Source: Rubripirellula sp. (lineage in GTDB: Bacteria; Planctomycetota; Planctomycetia; Pirellulales; Pirellulaceae). From it: DNA of 64,000 bases. Below are positions 18,131-28,107 of the stretch, piece by piece. Numbering within the stretch: position 1 is the first letter of the stretch; each line of letters starts with the position of its first letter. A program made the position numbers and the translations under genes. The stretch covers positions 768,001 through 832,000 of the forward strand of contig OZ244207.1 in NCBI GenBank assembly GCA_965216875.1. The letters run 5' to 3'. Below the pieces are notes generated by a model. It did no database searches, was not told the DNA's origin, and saw only the letters and a program-made list of their open reading frames with translations.

Positions 18131-19228
18131 TCGGCGAATCTCTGGTTCGAGCGCGTCAGCTTGGCGAAAAAAGCCAAGGTCCGAGGGATGGGATCCGTCG
18201 GTCGTGTCGTCGCGGTCAAGCCCCAGCATGGTCTCACCATCGACGTAGCCAAGTCGCTTCTCGCCGTCAGCCACGAGTGCATCAAACGCTTGACGGAGTG
18301 CCGCGCGACTTTGCGTATGTCGCTGCTGCCGATCGGGAAGAAACGGCGTGTTGGCGTACGTCCGGTCTTCAACCAACAAGATCGGTGTATCGGGTCGGGC
18401 TTTTCGTATCTGTTGGACCAATGGTTTGGCACGTTCCGCGACCTCTTTTCCGACCATGTTGGGAAGGCAGTCGATCACGTAAAGGCACGGATCGAGCTGG
18501 CAGAGCAACGCACCGACTTCGGGTTCCATTCGACCGTTACCGGAAAAGCCAAGATTGATCACGGGGCGGTCAAGTCGACGACCAAGGATTGCCGGGTGAG
18601 GCATCCCGGGACGCGAAGCGCACGCGCCATGAGTGATCGACGTGCCGTAGAACAAGATTGGCTTCTTTTTCCTCGGAGCGATCGGTGCAAACGTACGGCC
18701 GCGTGGAACGCCGATCTTGAGCGACTCCGTTCCGTTATAGAGTGGAAGGTACGCGGTGTAGGCGCGGCGCCCCGGTTTGATGCCAGAGATCAATTGGGTG
18801 CGGGTGTGCTTTGCGGTTGGTCTCGACACGGCAAGCCAACTCCAGTCGCCTTGTTCGTTTTGAGCGTACAGGTCGATTCCGCTGACACCGGTTGCTGGCA
18901 TGTGAGGCATGGCCAATCGGTCCGATGTCACCGTATGGTCGATCCAGATCTCTTGCGCATCGGTTTCGAACCGTGTTAGCATCCCGGCCGAATGACGACT
19001 CAGGTTCCAAACGGGATCGCGAACCACCCCTTTGGCTTCCTTGGGCAGTCGATCGAAATACTTGAACGTCTCGGATTCCGACCAACCCTTTCCCTCGACG
19101 CCCCATTCTTGAACATCGTGCCACTCGATGGGGGCTGGTTCCGTTTGGGCAGCCAGCGGCAAAGCAGGTAATGTAGCGGCGGCGCCGGTGACGGCAAGGA
19201 AGCGTCGTCGATCAAGGAAGCGGTTCAT
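18113..19228 (-). CDS. Tat-exported SGNH/GDSL hydrolase (GxDLY subfamily)
   Basis: DRRRFLA Tat motif, GIDLY, YGTSIT, NLGFSGNG, DGSHP. Confidence 0.88.
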   Translation of the reverse strand: MNRFLDRRRFLAVTGAAATLPALPLAAQTEPAPIEWHDVQEWGVEGKGWSESETFKYFDRLPKEAKGVVRDPVWNLSRHSAGMLTRFETDAQEIWIDHTVTSDRLAMPHMPATGVSGIDLYAQNEQGDWSWLAVSRPTAKHTRTQLISGIKPGRRAYTAYLPLYNGTESLKIGVPRGRTFAPIAPRKKKPILFYGTSITHGACASRPGMPHPAILGRRLDRPVINLGFSGNGRMEPEVGALLCQLDPCLYVIDCLPNMVGKEVAERAKPLVQQIRKARPDTPILLVEDRTYANTPFLPDRQQRHTQSRAALRQAFDALVADGEKRLGYVDGETMLGLDRDDTTDGSHPSDLGFFRQADALEPEIRRLIAAR

Positions 19229-19393
19229 GGCAGAGGTCGATTGGGAAGGCAGGACGGGGAGGGAAGGTTTCGCGAAAGAAGCCGTCAGCCTTGCGGCTGT
19301 TCGCGTCGCGGGCTGCTAGTATAGTGCGTCGCGGCGCCGCCAACCGGTGTCCCCTACCCGCCACCTCCTTCCCTCCTATCGACGTCCAGCACA

Positions 19394-20953
19394 ATGAATC
19401 GAGACCTTCTTTCCGATGCAGCGTCGCCACTTGGTTTGCTCGCCGCCATCAAACGAACGCTGTTGCCTTGTCTAGCTGCTCTGGTGTGCGTCGCATCCGC
19501 AATGCCGACGTCGCAGGCTGAGACGCGCCAGCCCAACGTGGTCTTCATTCTCGCAGACGACCTTGGCTATCGAGAACTTGGTTCGTTTGGACAAGAGAAG
19601 ATTCGCACGCCACATCTCGATGCGTTGGCCAAGCAAGGGATGCGTTTGACGCAGCACTACAGCGGCAACGCGGTCTGTGCTCCTTCACGTTGCGTTTTGA
19701 TGACGGGCAAGAATCCTGGAAACGCATACGTTCGCAACAATCGATCGACGCCCCCAGAAGGCCAGCAACCGATCCCTGACAGCGAAGTCACACTGGCCGA
19801 ATTGATGAAGGCTTCGGGTTACGTCACGGGTGCCTTCGGCAAGTGGGGACTCGGCGGTCCAGACTCCACTGGCGAGCCGTTGCGTCAGGGCGTCGACCGC
19901 TTCTTCGGATACAACTGCCAAGCCCACGCGCACAGCTACTATCCGTCCTACCTATGGGACAACGACCAGCGCATCACACTGAACAACAAGCCCGAAGTCC
20001 CTGGGCACGCTTCGCTCGCCAAGGGCGCCGACAAGAACGATCCGAAAAGCTACGACGTTTTCAAAGGAGCTGACTACGCGCCCGACCGGATCAATGATCA
20101 AGCGTTGCAGTTCATTCGTGACAACAAAGAGAAGCCTTTTTTTCTTTACTATCCCACGATCATTCCTCACGTCGCTTTGCATGTTCCGGATGAAGAGCTT
20201 GAGCCCTACTTGAAGCTCGGCTGGAACGATCCACCGTTCACCCGTGAAAAGGGTTATGGGTACACGCCGCACTTCACACCACGCGCCGCCTACGCAGCGA
20301 TGATCACGCGAATGGATCGCTACATCGGTAACGTGCTCGATCTGCTCGAGGAACTTGGGCTCGATGACAACACCATCGTCGTCTTTACGAGTGATAACGG
20401 AACCACTCATCTTGGCCAAGAAGTCGACTACGAATTCTTCAAGAGTGTCGGCGAGCTTCGTGGGCTCAAGGGCTCACTTTATGAAGGTGGTGTACGTGTG
20501 CCGACAATCGTTCGCTGGCCAGGCAAGGTTCGAGCGGGATCTGAAAGTGACCGCATCAGCGGCTTTGAAGACTGGTTACCAACCCTTTTGGAAGCTGTGC
20601 GAAGCGAAGTTGACGTTCCTGAGGACATTGATGGAATCTCATTAGTCAAGACGTTGCTGGGCGAGTCGCAATCGGAACGTCCCTACTTGTACCGCGAGTT
20701 CGCATCCTATGGCGGCCAACAAACGATTCGGGTTGGCGATTGGAAAGCCGTGCGTCAGAACATGTCCAAGGGAAATCTGAACGTCGAGCTCTACAATATT
20801 GCCAACGACATCAGCGAGTCCAACGATGTTGCTGGCGAGCATCCCGAGTTGGTTGCGAAGTTGACCAAGATGATGGAGCAGGCGCGAACACCCTCACAAG
20901 TCTTCCCGCTCGTGCCACTTGACGCCCCAGTGAAAAAGAAACGCAAACGCTAG
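19394..20953 (+). CDS. Arylsulfatase (Cys-type)
   Basis: PNVVFILADDLG, CAPSRCVLMTG, GKWGLG, SDNG, KGSLYEGG; the true start may be slightly downstream. Confidence 0.93.
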   Translation: MNRDLLSDAASPLGLLAAIKRTLLPCLAALVCVASAMPTSQAETRQPNVVFILADDLGYRELGSFGQEKIRTPHLDALAKQGMRLTQHYSGNAVCAPSRCVLMTGKNPGNAYVRNNRSTPPEGQQPIPDSEVTLAELMKASGYVTGAFGKWGLGGPDSTGEPLRQGVDRFFGYNCQAHAHSYYPSYLWDNDQRITLNNKPEVPGHASLAKGADKNDPKSYDVFKGADYAPDRINDQALQFIRDNKEKPFFLYYPTIIPHVALHVPDEELEPYLKLGWNDPPFTREKGYGYTPHFTPRAAYAAMITRMDRYIGNVLDLLEELGLDDNTIVVFTSDNGTTHLGQEVDYEFFKSVGELRGLKGSLYEGGVRVPTIVRWPGKVRAGSESDRISGFEDWLPTLLEAVRSEVDVPEDIDGISLVKTLLGESQSERPYLYREFASYGGQQTIRVGDWKAVRQNMSKGNLNVELYNIANDISESNDVAGEHPELVAKLTKMMEQARTPSQVFPLVPLDAPVKKKRKR

Positions 20954-20955
20954 TT

Positions 20956-21351
20956 GGTAGCTCTGTTCGTCGTACCGCCTTCAGGCGGACTCTTTAGGCT
21001 ACAAACGGCCCGTGAGCCGTACGCGCTAGCGTCGGGCCCTTTGGTCATGGTTCATCGTCGCGACGCTCGCCAGAGCGTGGGGTTTGCTGCGACGCGGTCA
21101 CCCCATTCGTTCCACCTTCTGGCGAAGGTAGCTACGTTTGTCGTACCGCCTTCAGGCGGAATCTTTAGGCTTCAAACGGCCCGTGAGCCGTACGCGCTAG
21201 CGTCGGGCCCTTTGGTCATGATTCATCGTCGCGACGCTCGCCAGAGCGTGGGTTTGCTGCGACACGGCCATCCCATTCGTTCCACCTTCTGGCGAAGGTA
21301 GCTACGTTCGTCGTACCGCCTTCAGGCGGTGTCATGCGGAGCATGACCTAC
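20956..21351. repeat. BIME-like mosaic: about 171-bp unit repeated about 2.2 times, built from several REP families
   Basis: Units start at 20956, 21127 and 21297. Each contains CGTACCGCCTTCAGGCGG, a family-B REP and an inverted pair ACGCTCGCCAGAGCGT / ACCTTCTGGCGAAGGTAGCTAC. The array is capped by a family-A REP. Confidence 0.88.
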
Positions 21352-21352
21352 G

Positions 21353-21390
21353 AAAAAAGCCTCGCATGCTTTTGCATGCGAGGCCTTTGT
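21353..21390. terminator. Bidirectional intrinsic terminator
   Basis: AAAAAA-GCCTCGCATGC-TTTT-GCATGCGAGGC-CTTT between convergent genes. Confidence 0.8.
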
Positions 21391-21418
21391 TGTTCTCGAA
21401 ACCACCTTCATTCGAAGG

Positions 21419-22729
21419 TTAGCTGCCCGATGGCATTTGGAAGCCGGTTGGCAATCCAAATGGAACCGATGGACCTTGCGATCCCGCTGATGGCGATCCC
21501 GTTGCGGGCGCAGTGGCCGCGGGTGGCGGAGTCGTCGGTGCGGTTGCAGCAGGTGGAAGTTCAGCCGAAGGCGTCGTCGCTGGTGGCGTGACATGAGGTG
21601 CCTTTGGTGCGGTCGGTTGCGACGAAATCGTCGTCCACGCGTTGCCCGGGGTTTGCTTTGGCGGTGCAACCTGGTTCGCGGTCGCGACACCTTGAGCGTA
21701 AGCGGGCGTGCCCGATTGACTCGTCTGCTGGATCGGTGCCTTGCTTGGCAGAGCAGCGACGGTTGCTTGAGGTGCGGCTTGCGCGATGGGCGAAATGCTG
21801 CCGTTGATCTGAGCAAGCATGTCGCGTGATCGGTCAACAGCACGTTTGACTGCAGCGTCCTCGCCAGCTTGCGATTCGAATTGAACCGCGTGGCCAAGGT
21901 GATTGCGAGCCTCGCCGAGTTGGCCCTTCTTGAAGTGAAGGTAGGCCATATTGAAGTGGGCGACGGCTGCCTTGTTGTTGTCAGCCAGGACTTTGTAGGC
22001 CGAGTTGGTATCGCCCGATTCAAACTTTACGCTTGCCAGGTTGTTGGCATAGCGTGACGTGCCGGGCGAGATTTGCAACGCGGTTTCCAAGCACTGAGCG
22101 GCTGCAGCGTGGTTGCCAATCTTGCTGAAGGTCAAACCAAGGTCGTTATGCAGACCTGCATCTTTGGGATTGGCCGAGATCGCCTTTTGGAAGAACTCGA
22201 TCGCCTTTTGATGATTGCCTTGACGGAAGTGCAGCCGAGCGATGCTGGTCAATGCCGGAGCGTTGTTTGGCTCGCTCTCGAGAGCTTTGACGTAACTTTC
22301 CATCGCTTTGGGGAAGTTACCGGTTGATTCCCATAGTTGGCCGTTGGCAACGAATACCTCAGGGCTAACGCTCTGTGGCATGTTGTCCAAGCGAAGTGGG
22401 TCAGGTTCGGACCCTTGTGGCACTTCGTCGTCGCCACCGCCGAACAGGCCAGTGACGGCACCCGTCGACTTGGTCCAGGCACTCTTGACGGTGGTGCCCA
22501 TCGTGCTGAATTGGTTACGAGCGCCGCCAGCAGTCGAAGCGATCGACTCGGTCAGTTTTTGAGTTGTACTTGGCTCTTGAGGTGCCAGGACACCTGGCTC
22601 GGGCGACTTCGAGAACGGGTTCATCGATGCCAGCGACATTCCGCCGGTCGAGCACCCAGTGCCCAGCATGGTCGAGCTTGCCAGAAACGTTGCCAGCAGC
22701 GCGCGACGCGCTTTGGTTGATGGTTTCAC
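21419..22729 (-). CDS. TPR-repeat lipoprotein with a Pro-rich tail
   Basis: Lipobox-like GTGC, several TPR helices (AGLHNDLG, YANNLA, AHFNMAY). Confidence 0.85.
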   Translation of the reverse strand: MKPSTKARRALLATFLASSTMLGTGCSTGGMSLASMNPFSKSPEPGVLAPQEPSTTQKLTESIASTAGGARNQFSTMGTTVKSAWTKSTGAVTGLFGGGDDEVPQGSEPDPLRLDNMPQSVSPEVFVANGQLWESTGNFPKAMESYVKALESEPNNAPALTSIARLHFRQGNHQKAIEFFQKAISANPKDAGLHNDLGLTFSKIGNHAAAAQCLETALQISPGTSRYANNLASVKFESGDTNSAYKVLADNNKAAVAHFNMAYLHFKKGQLGEARNHLGHAVQFESQAGEDAAVKRAVDRSRDMLAQINGSISPIAQAAPQATVAALPSKAPIQQTSQSGTPAYAQGVATANQVAPPKQTPGNAWTTISSQPTAPKAPHVTPPATTPSAELPPAATAPTTPPPAATAPATGSPSAGSQGPSVPFGLPTGFQMPSGS

Positions 22730-22877
22730 AGTCTAACTTCCCCCCCGCATCAACCTCATGCTTTCAACTTCGAGCGAGGGATGCAGATATTGTGGATTGA
22801 TCCAACGGTTCCGATTATGAGGATCGGCAGCTCGAATTCAGAACTTCAGCTTGATCGCACGAAGATATCCCAAAACG

Positions 22878-22910
22878 AAAAAAGGCGACTTCGATCTCTC
22901 GAAGTCGCCT
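22878..22910 (-). terminator. Intrinsic terminator
   Basis: AGGCGACTTCGA-TCTC-TCGAAGTCGCCT with a minus-strand T-run, downstream of 22940..23509. Confidence 0.8.
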
Positions 22911-22939
22911 CGTTCGATGTATGATAGCGAGCCAGTCGC

Positions 22940-23509
22940 TTATTCGCCGCCACCGGTTGGTGTGGTGATGCCTTGAGCACCACTGCTGCTGCTGTTGGGC
23001 AGCTTCGGAGCGGGCAATTGCTCAAGCCAATTTCGGCTGATTTTGTTGGCCCAGGCACCGGAGGCTTCCGGTGGTGCAACGTCGGTCACGAGCACGGTTG
23101 GCCGGGGACCTTCGAAGTAGAAGTTGGCAAGCGATTCTCGAACCGAAGCGACGCGTGCATCGGTTTCCGCTTTGCTTCCGCCACGCAGAACGTAGACGGT
23201 GCGGTGAGTCGCTGGTGCTTTGGTCGCGATCCAATGCACTTTGTTGTTGCCCGAAGCGAGCAACGCACCATCGCCACTGCGGAATTGCTCGTGGCCGATG
23301 GTGTTGTTCATCTTCCAGCCCTTCATCTTCATCACTTCGAAGGGAGCAATCACGTCACGAGCGTCGGCTTCGTTGAACGGATCGGGCCAAGCGTTGTTTC
23401 TGTAATATCCGACGTGAATGCCGTGCCAAAACTCATCCCACCAATCGTCCCCGGCGGGAGCAGTGGAGGCACAGCTGACGAGCAACAAGAACGCTACGAT
23501 TCGTTTCAT
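22940..23509 (-). CDS. Exported conserved hypothetical protein
   Basis: GAAGGA RBS, signal peptide MKRIVAFLLL, YYRNNAWPDPF motif, terminator downstream. Confidence 0.78.
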   Translation of the reverse strand: MKRIVAFLLLVSCASTAPAGDDWWDEFWHGIHVGYYRNNAWPDPFNEADARDVIAPFEVMKMKGWKMNNTIGHEQFRSGDGALLASGNNKVHWIATKAPATHRTVYVLRGGSKAETDARVASVRESLANFYFEGPRPTVLVTDVAPPEASGAWANKISRNWLEQLPAPKLPNSSSSGAQGITTPTGGGE

Positions 23510-23777
23510 GACAGGCAGTTCCTTCCGCCGATGACGCAGACCCTTTGAAAAGTCCGCAAAGTGATTCACGAGAGTTCACCGTCTGAATGATTCAAAACAG
23601 AGCTGCCGAGCATCCAAGCGATCGGGCAGCCCCAAAAGAGACGGTCATTGAAACTCCATCGACCATTCTGCGCGGTGACTTCGTTCGTGGGGGAAACAAT
23701 CGCACCACTGTGACAAAAGGCACAAACGGTACAACCGGCAAAGTCGTGTCTGTCTCGATCCTTGCGGCATGGGGCGG

Positions 23778-24164
23778 GAGGAAGAGGGACAGAAAAATGG
23801 GTGACAGAAAGATGGGAGTAGGGGTGGGGCCAGGAAGGGCAGAAAGATGGTTGGCAGAAAAATGAAGTGCGAGAGGAAGAGGGACAGAAAAATGGGGGAC
23901 AGAAAGATGGGAGAAGGTGTGGGGCCAAGAAGGGCAGAAAGATGGTTGGCAGAAAAAATGAAGTGCGAGAGGAAGAGGGACAGAAAAATGGGGGACAGAA
24001 AGATGGGAGTAGGGGTGGGGCCAGGAAGGGCAGAAAGATGGTTGGCAGAAAAATGCGGTGTGGGAGGAAGAGCGACAGGAATATGGGTGACAGAAAATGG
24101 GAAGATGCAGCTGTGGAAAAGTGAGAGGAGCTCACTTCATTTTTCTGCCAACCATCTTTTTGCC
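23778..24164. repeat. Purine-rich 95-96 bp tandem array (about 3.5 units) with an inverted 32-bp cap
   Basis: Units start at 23778, 23873, 23969 and 24064; 24133-24164 is the reverse complement of 23838-23869 (31/32 match). Confidence 0.9.
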
Positions 24165-24216
24165 TATACCTACGCGCACTCGGCGACATACCGCGTTGGC
24201 AAAGATTGGGAGGGGA

Positions 24217-24438
24217 CTAGTTTTCTTCGGCGACGACGAGGGTTTCGCCGATCACTTCGACCACGTCGCCAGGAAAGAGTTGTTTGCGACGCCGCGTTTC
24301 AACTTCACCGTTGACGGTCACTTCGCCCGATTGGATTCGGATCTTTGCTTCGCCCCCGGTTCCGACCAAACCGCTACGTTTGATGAAGTCATCGAGTCGG
24401 ATCATCGTCTCTTGAGGTTGATCTTCGTTCATCGCCAC
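24217..24438 (-). CDS. Stand-alone S4 RNA-binding domain protein (YbcJ/YaaA-like)
   Basis: IRLDDFIK..GLVGTGGEAK..IQSGEVTVNGEVETRRRKQL..GDVV. Confidence 0.9.
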   Translation of the reverse strand: MAMNEDQPQETMIRLDDFIKRSGLVGTGGEAKIRIQSGEVTVNGEVETRRRKQLFPGDVVEVIGETLVVAEEN

Positions 24439-24446
24439 GCCTTCCT

Positions 24447-25574
24447 TTACTTCACCTCAAACGTCGCGATCACCGGATAGTGATCACTCAAATCACGCTG
24501 ATCGTCGCGTTGTTTCCAATAGGCATCCCAATGTTGGGACGCCGTGTCGGGCGGACCTTGAATGGCCAAGTCTGCCCGCACTTCGATTGATTGAAAGACC
24601 AAGTTTGGTTTCCCTGGAATGTCCTTCATCAGCGACGGTGAGCAGAAGATGCGATCGAATTCGCGGCCGGCCAACAAATGTGTTTGCCGCTGATGTCGCG
24701 CCAGCGTGAGGTTTAGGTCGACCAAGTCGTCTTTTTTGTCTCGCGTCTCACTGCCACTCAAGATACCCAAATCGCTATCAGGGTTCGTCTTGGAATGGCC
24801 GCGCTGTTCGGTATTCAAATCGCCAAGCACGATGACGTGTTCGCCTGCGGCAACGGCCGAGCCGATCCAGTGGTGGACAAGTCTTGCTTGACGCCGACGC
24901 AACGGTTCCGCATCGGCGCCACTTCGCAAATGGAGCGTGAACACGATGACGCGTTCGAAGCTGTCACCCACCGGGAATTCGAAGACCGCCATCAAGTGCT
25001 TGCTGACATCGTAATACTGCTCTGTCTTTCGCATGCGATCGGTCATCGCATGTTGCACGGTGTTCAATAAACTGGCCGGCGAGCGAAACAACATCCCGAC
25101 ATCTTGTTCGGTGTAATGGTCACGACCTTGAATGCCAAGCTCGCGGTAGTTCTGTTTGTGATTTCGTTCCAACGCGCGGGCGAGGTACCAAAGGACGCGA
25201 CGGTTTTCCGCCTCCTGCACCGCAACGATGGTGGGATTCGCTTTTGCGATGCTCGCGGCGATGGCGTCTCGTCGCCAATCCCACTGAGCTCGCGAGGGAG
25301 TCGACTTTTCTCGCGCGAGTTTGCTGTAGTTGTCTCCCGTCTCGTTATCGAAGAACCACTCCAGGTTCCATGTCATGACGGTAAGCGGCTCGCCGGCGGT
25401 CGCTCGGGCAGATGGTGTTGAACCCCCAGCCAGGACGTGGAAGGTGACAACGGACACAAGGGCCAGTAGGCGGGCGGTGTGTCGCTTGGGGGCGCCTTTG
25501 GCTGCACAAGGTCCTTTGGCTGCACGAGCTTTTGAGTTCGTGTTCGCGAAGGTGGGATCGCTATCTCGATTCAT
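24447..25574 (-). CDS. Endonuclease/exonuclease/phosphatase family protein
   Basis: TWNLEW, VAVQE, HLRS, LGDLN, FDRI, SDHYPV; start uncertain. Confidence 0.88.
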   Translation of the reverse strand: MNRDSDPTFANTNSKARAAKGPCAAKGAPKRHTARLLALVSVVTFHVLAGGSTPSARATAGEPLTVMTWNLEWFFDNETGDNYSKLAREKSTPSRAQWDWRRDAIAASIAKANPTIVAVQEAENRRVLWYLARALERNHKQNYRELGIQGRDHYTEQDVGMLFRSPASLLNTVQHAMTDRMRKTEQYYDVSKHLMAVFEFPVGDSFERVIVFTLHLRSGADAEPLRRRQARLVHHWIGSAVAAGEHVIVLGDLNTEQRGHSKTNPDSDLGILSGSETRDKKDDLVDLNLTLARHQRQTHLLAGREFDRIFCSPSLMKDIPGKPNLVFQSIEVRADLAIQGPPDTASQHWDAYWKQRDDQRDLSDHYPVIATFEVK

Positions 25575-25898
25575 AGGGGCACTGAATGAGAGTGAGGGGA
25601 GCTGGCCCGGCGAGGCGGGGCAACGGTTTGGTTTGAAGGATGCGGTTCGCAGACACGCGAAATGCGTTTGCAAATCAAGTTTGCTACCGCGGTTGAGTGA
25701 TTCTCGAAAAGCACAAACATTGCATGCCCCGGTTCGTGCGATTCTACTCGAAGGGGCAGTTTACTCGGCAATCGGCTTTGATGTCAGGCCGCGGTGTTCC
25801 CTCCCCAACTCCTGGTGGTCAGAACACGGTGGCGATTGGGATCGCTACCATGCTGAATCGAATTTGCGCCGGTTCCGGACGAAAAGCAAAGGTTTTCA

Positions 25899-27068
25899 AT
25901 GTCGCCTCAAACGACAACTCAATGGGCACAGGTCGAATCGCTTGACCCACACAAAGATGACTTCGCAGTCGAAGTCGTCGACCAGATACTTCGCATAGCA
26001 CTGCAGGCGGGGGCGAGCGACGTTCATCTTCAACCACGCGAGGTTGGTTGGGAGATCCTGGTTCGTGTGGATGGTGTTTTAACCAGCGTCGCCAAGGTTC
26101 CCGGTGGTGGTCCCAACAACCCCGTGACTCGCTTGATGGTTCTTGCGGGCTTGCCGACTTATCGAAGCGGCCAGCCAATGGAAGGTCGACTGCAGAGTGA
26201 CGGTGACGCACTACCGATGCGGTTGGGGATCTTTCCAACCGTTCACGGGCCGCGCGGCGTGATTCGATTGCTTGGGACGGGCGATACGTTTGAAAACCTT
26301 GAGTCGTTGGGGCTTCCTGAAGACGTCGAGAGAACGCTGGTCGAAACGAGCCAGCAAACCGACGGTGCGGTCCTGCTAAGTGGGCCGGCTGGTAGTGGTA
26401 AAACGACAACGTTGTATGCGCTGTTGCGCCGTATTGCGTCGTCAACGCCACGCCGCAGTGTGATGACGATCGAAGACCCGGTGGAATCGGTGATCGATTG
26501 CATCAGCCAAAGCGAACTCGATTCAAGCAGCGGATTGACGTTGGCGGCAGCGCTTCGAAGTGCGGTGCGACAAGACAGCGAAGTCTTGTTGGTTAGTGAG
26601 ATTCGCGATCCCGAAACTGCCGAAGCGGCGATGCAAGCTTCGCTGACGGGGCATTTGATTTACAGCTCGCTTCATGCCAGCGATGTGGCGGCTTCACTGC
26701 GCCGGTTGATGCAGTTTGGTGTACCGATGCATGCGATGCGAAGCGGGGTCCGCGCGATCGTGTCGGTGCGTTTGTTGCGGCGCAAGTGCGAACCGTGTGA
26801 AGGCGACTTGGCGGATTGCGATCGCTGTATGGGACTTGGGTACCGAGGACGCTTGCCGGTCGCACAGGCCGTGCGGTTGGATGGAAGTGATCCTGTTGGC
26901 GAATCGTTGATGAATTCGCTCGAGCAAGGGGCCTCTCTGACGCAGATGCGCGACCAGGCACTCGCCGCGGGCGGAATCGACCTGCTCGGTTGCGCTCAAG
27001 CCTACGTCGATGCTGGCCTGACCGACCCCGCCGAGGTGTATCGGGTGCTTGGCCAGAAATGTCGCTAA
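25899..27068 (+). CDS. GspE/PilB/ComGA-family secretion ATPase, short form
   Basis: ASDVHLQP, RVDGVL, Walker A GPAGSGKTTT, TIEDPVE, Walker B LLVSEIRD, TGHLIYSSLH, CxxC..CxxC, GYRGR. Confidence 0.92.
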   Translation: MSPQTTTQWAQVESLDPHKDDFAVEVVDQILRIALQAGASDVHLQPREVGWEILVRVDGVLTSVAKVPGGGPNNPVTRLMVLAGLPTYRSGQPMEGRLQSDGDALPMRLGIFPTVHGPRGVIRLLGTGDTFENLESLGLPEDVERTLVETSQQTDGAVLLSGPAGSGKTTTLYALLRRIASSTPRRSVMTIEDPVESVIDCISQSELDSSSGLTLAAALRSAVRQDSEVLLVSEIRDPETAEAAMQASLTGHLIYSSLHASDVAASLRRLMQFGVPMHAMRSGVRAIVSVRLLRRKCEPCEGDLADCDRCMGLGYRGRLPVAQAVRLDGSDPVGESLMNSLEQGASLTQMRDQALAAGGIDLLGCAQAYVDAGLTDPAEVYRVLGQKCR

Positions 27069-27171
27069 TCTTTCCCTCACATCGGGTCTGAGGCTTGCGA
27101 ACGGACCGCTCGATCTCTAATATAGAAGGAATGTCTTATCTTGCTTCTCCTCGGTTTTAGCACGGCCACCG

Positions 27172-28107
27172 ATGGCGAAACTCTCTGATCTGCAGCTTGC
27201 TTCGGTCCTGGAAGAAGTCGCTTGTGCGATTCGTTCCGGCACGCCGATCGTCCAGTCGATGGAACGGTTGTCGGATGGACGTCTCGGCCGCGTCGCGGTT
27301 GCCGCACGTTCGATTGCGGGCGACCTTTCCATGGGAAAATCACTGGGGGATGCCTTTGGGGCGATCGAGTCCCCGCTCGCCGTCGAGGCGGGCAGCGCGG
27401 TTGAGGCTTGTTCGAAAAGCGGCAACAGCGGATTGCTTGATTCGATTGCGAGTCACCTTCGACAGCGCACCGATTACCAGCAAGTCAGCCGGCTCGCGTG
27501 GTTGTATCCGATCGTGCTGATATCGCTTGCCTATTTGATTGCGATCACGGTGTTTGCACCGATCGTAAGGATGCACCAAGGTCGAGATTTTTCTTGGTCT
27601 CCAGCGGTGCTTGCCGTCTCGCAATGGCTGGCAACCAATTGGATGATTCCGCCAATCGTCTTTGCGGTGGTTGTCGTTGTAATGCTGGTGTACTGCTCTC
27701 GAGGCGGCCGACTTCCTCGTTCGGTTCGGATGCGTTTGTTCACGTTGTCGCTAGCTGACCAATTGGCCAATGACATTCCGGAACGCGAAGCCGTTTCGAG
27801 TGCGGCCAAGCTATCGGGCGATACGGAACTGTGCCGCATGGATTCGCCGGGGCTTGATTCGCCGGCGGTCAAGTCGCTGCTGCGGGAAGCCCATTTGGAA
27901 AGTGTAGACGGCGTGGACCAGCAGGCGACGTTGGTTGCGAGACTGAGGTACGTGTCGAGTTTGTATGCCGGCCGGGCTCGGCGCCACAACTACTTGATGT
28001 CGCGATTGATCCCGCGCGTGGCGATGTTCAGCATTGGGGGCAGTTTGATCTTTGTTTACGCCTTCTGGGTGATCGCCCCCGTCTATCAGCAGGTGGCTAA
28101 ATGGTAA
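27172..28107 (+). CDS. GspF/PilC-like inner-membrane platform protein 1
   Basis: AIRSGTPI...GKSLGDAF, LYP followed by a TM helix, three hydrophobic segments; follows the ATPase gene. Confidence 0.78.
   Translation: MAKLSDLQLASVLEEVACAIRSGTPIVQSMERLSDGRLGRVAVAARSIAGDLSMGKSLGDAFGAIESPLAVEAGSAVEACSKSGNSGLLDSIASHLRQRTDYQQVSRLAWLYPIVLISLAYLIAITVFAPIVRMHQGRDFSWSPAVLAVSQWLATNWMIPPIVFAVVVVVMLVYCSRGGRLPRSVRMRLFTLSLADQLANDIPEREAVSSAAKLSGDTELCRMDSPGLDSPAVKSLLREAHLESVDGVDQQATLVARLRYVSSLYAGRARRHNYLMSRLIPRVAMFSIGGSLIFVYAFWVIAPVYQQVAKW

Noticed and set aside
20956..21351. Possible CRISPR array, or the 115-aa ORF 20954..21301
   Set aside because: Whole 171-bp units repeat with no unique spacers; the ORF is just a translation of palindromic repeats.
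23778..24164. Possible CRISPR array
   Set aside because: The sequences between the motifs are themselves repeated rather than unique spacers, and there are no cas genes in the window.
23566..24314. ORFs 23566..24189, 23847..24314 and 23867..24124
   Set aside because: Low-complexity translations of the tandem array. The 95-bp period is not a multiple of three, so the same peptides recur across frames.
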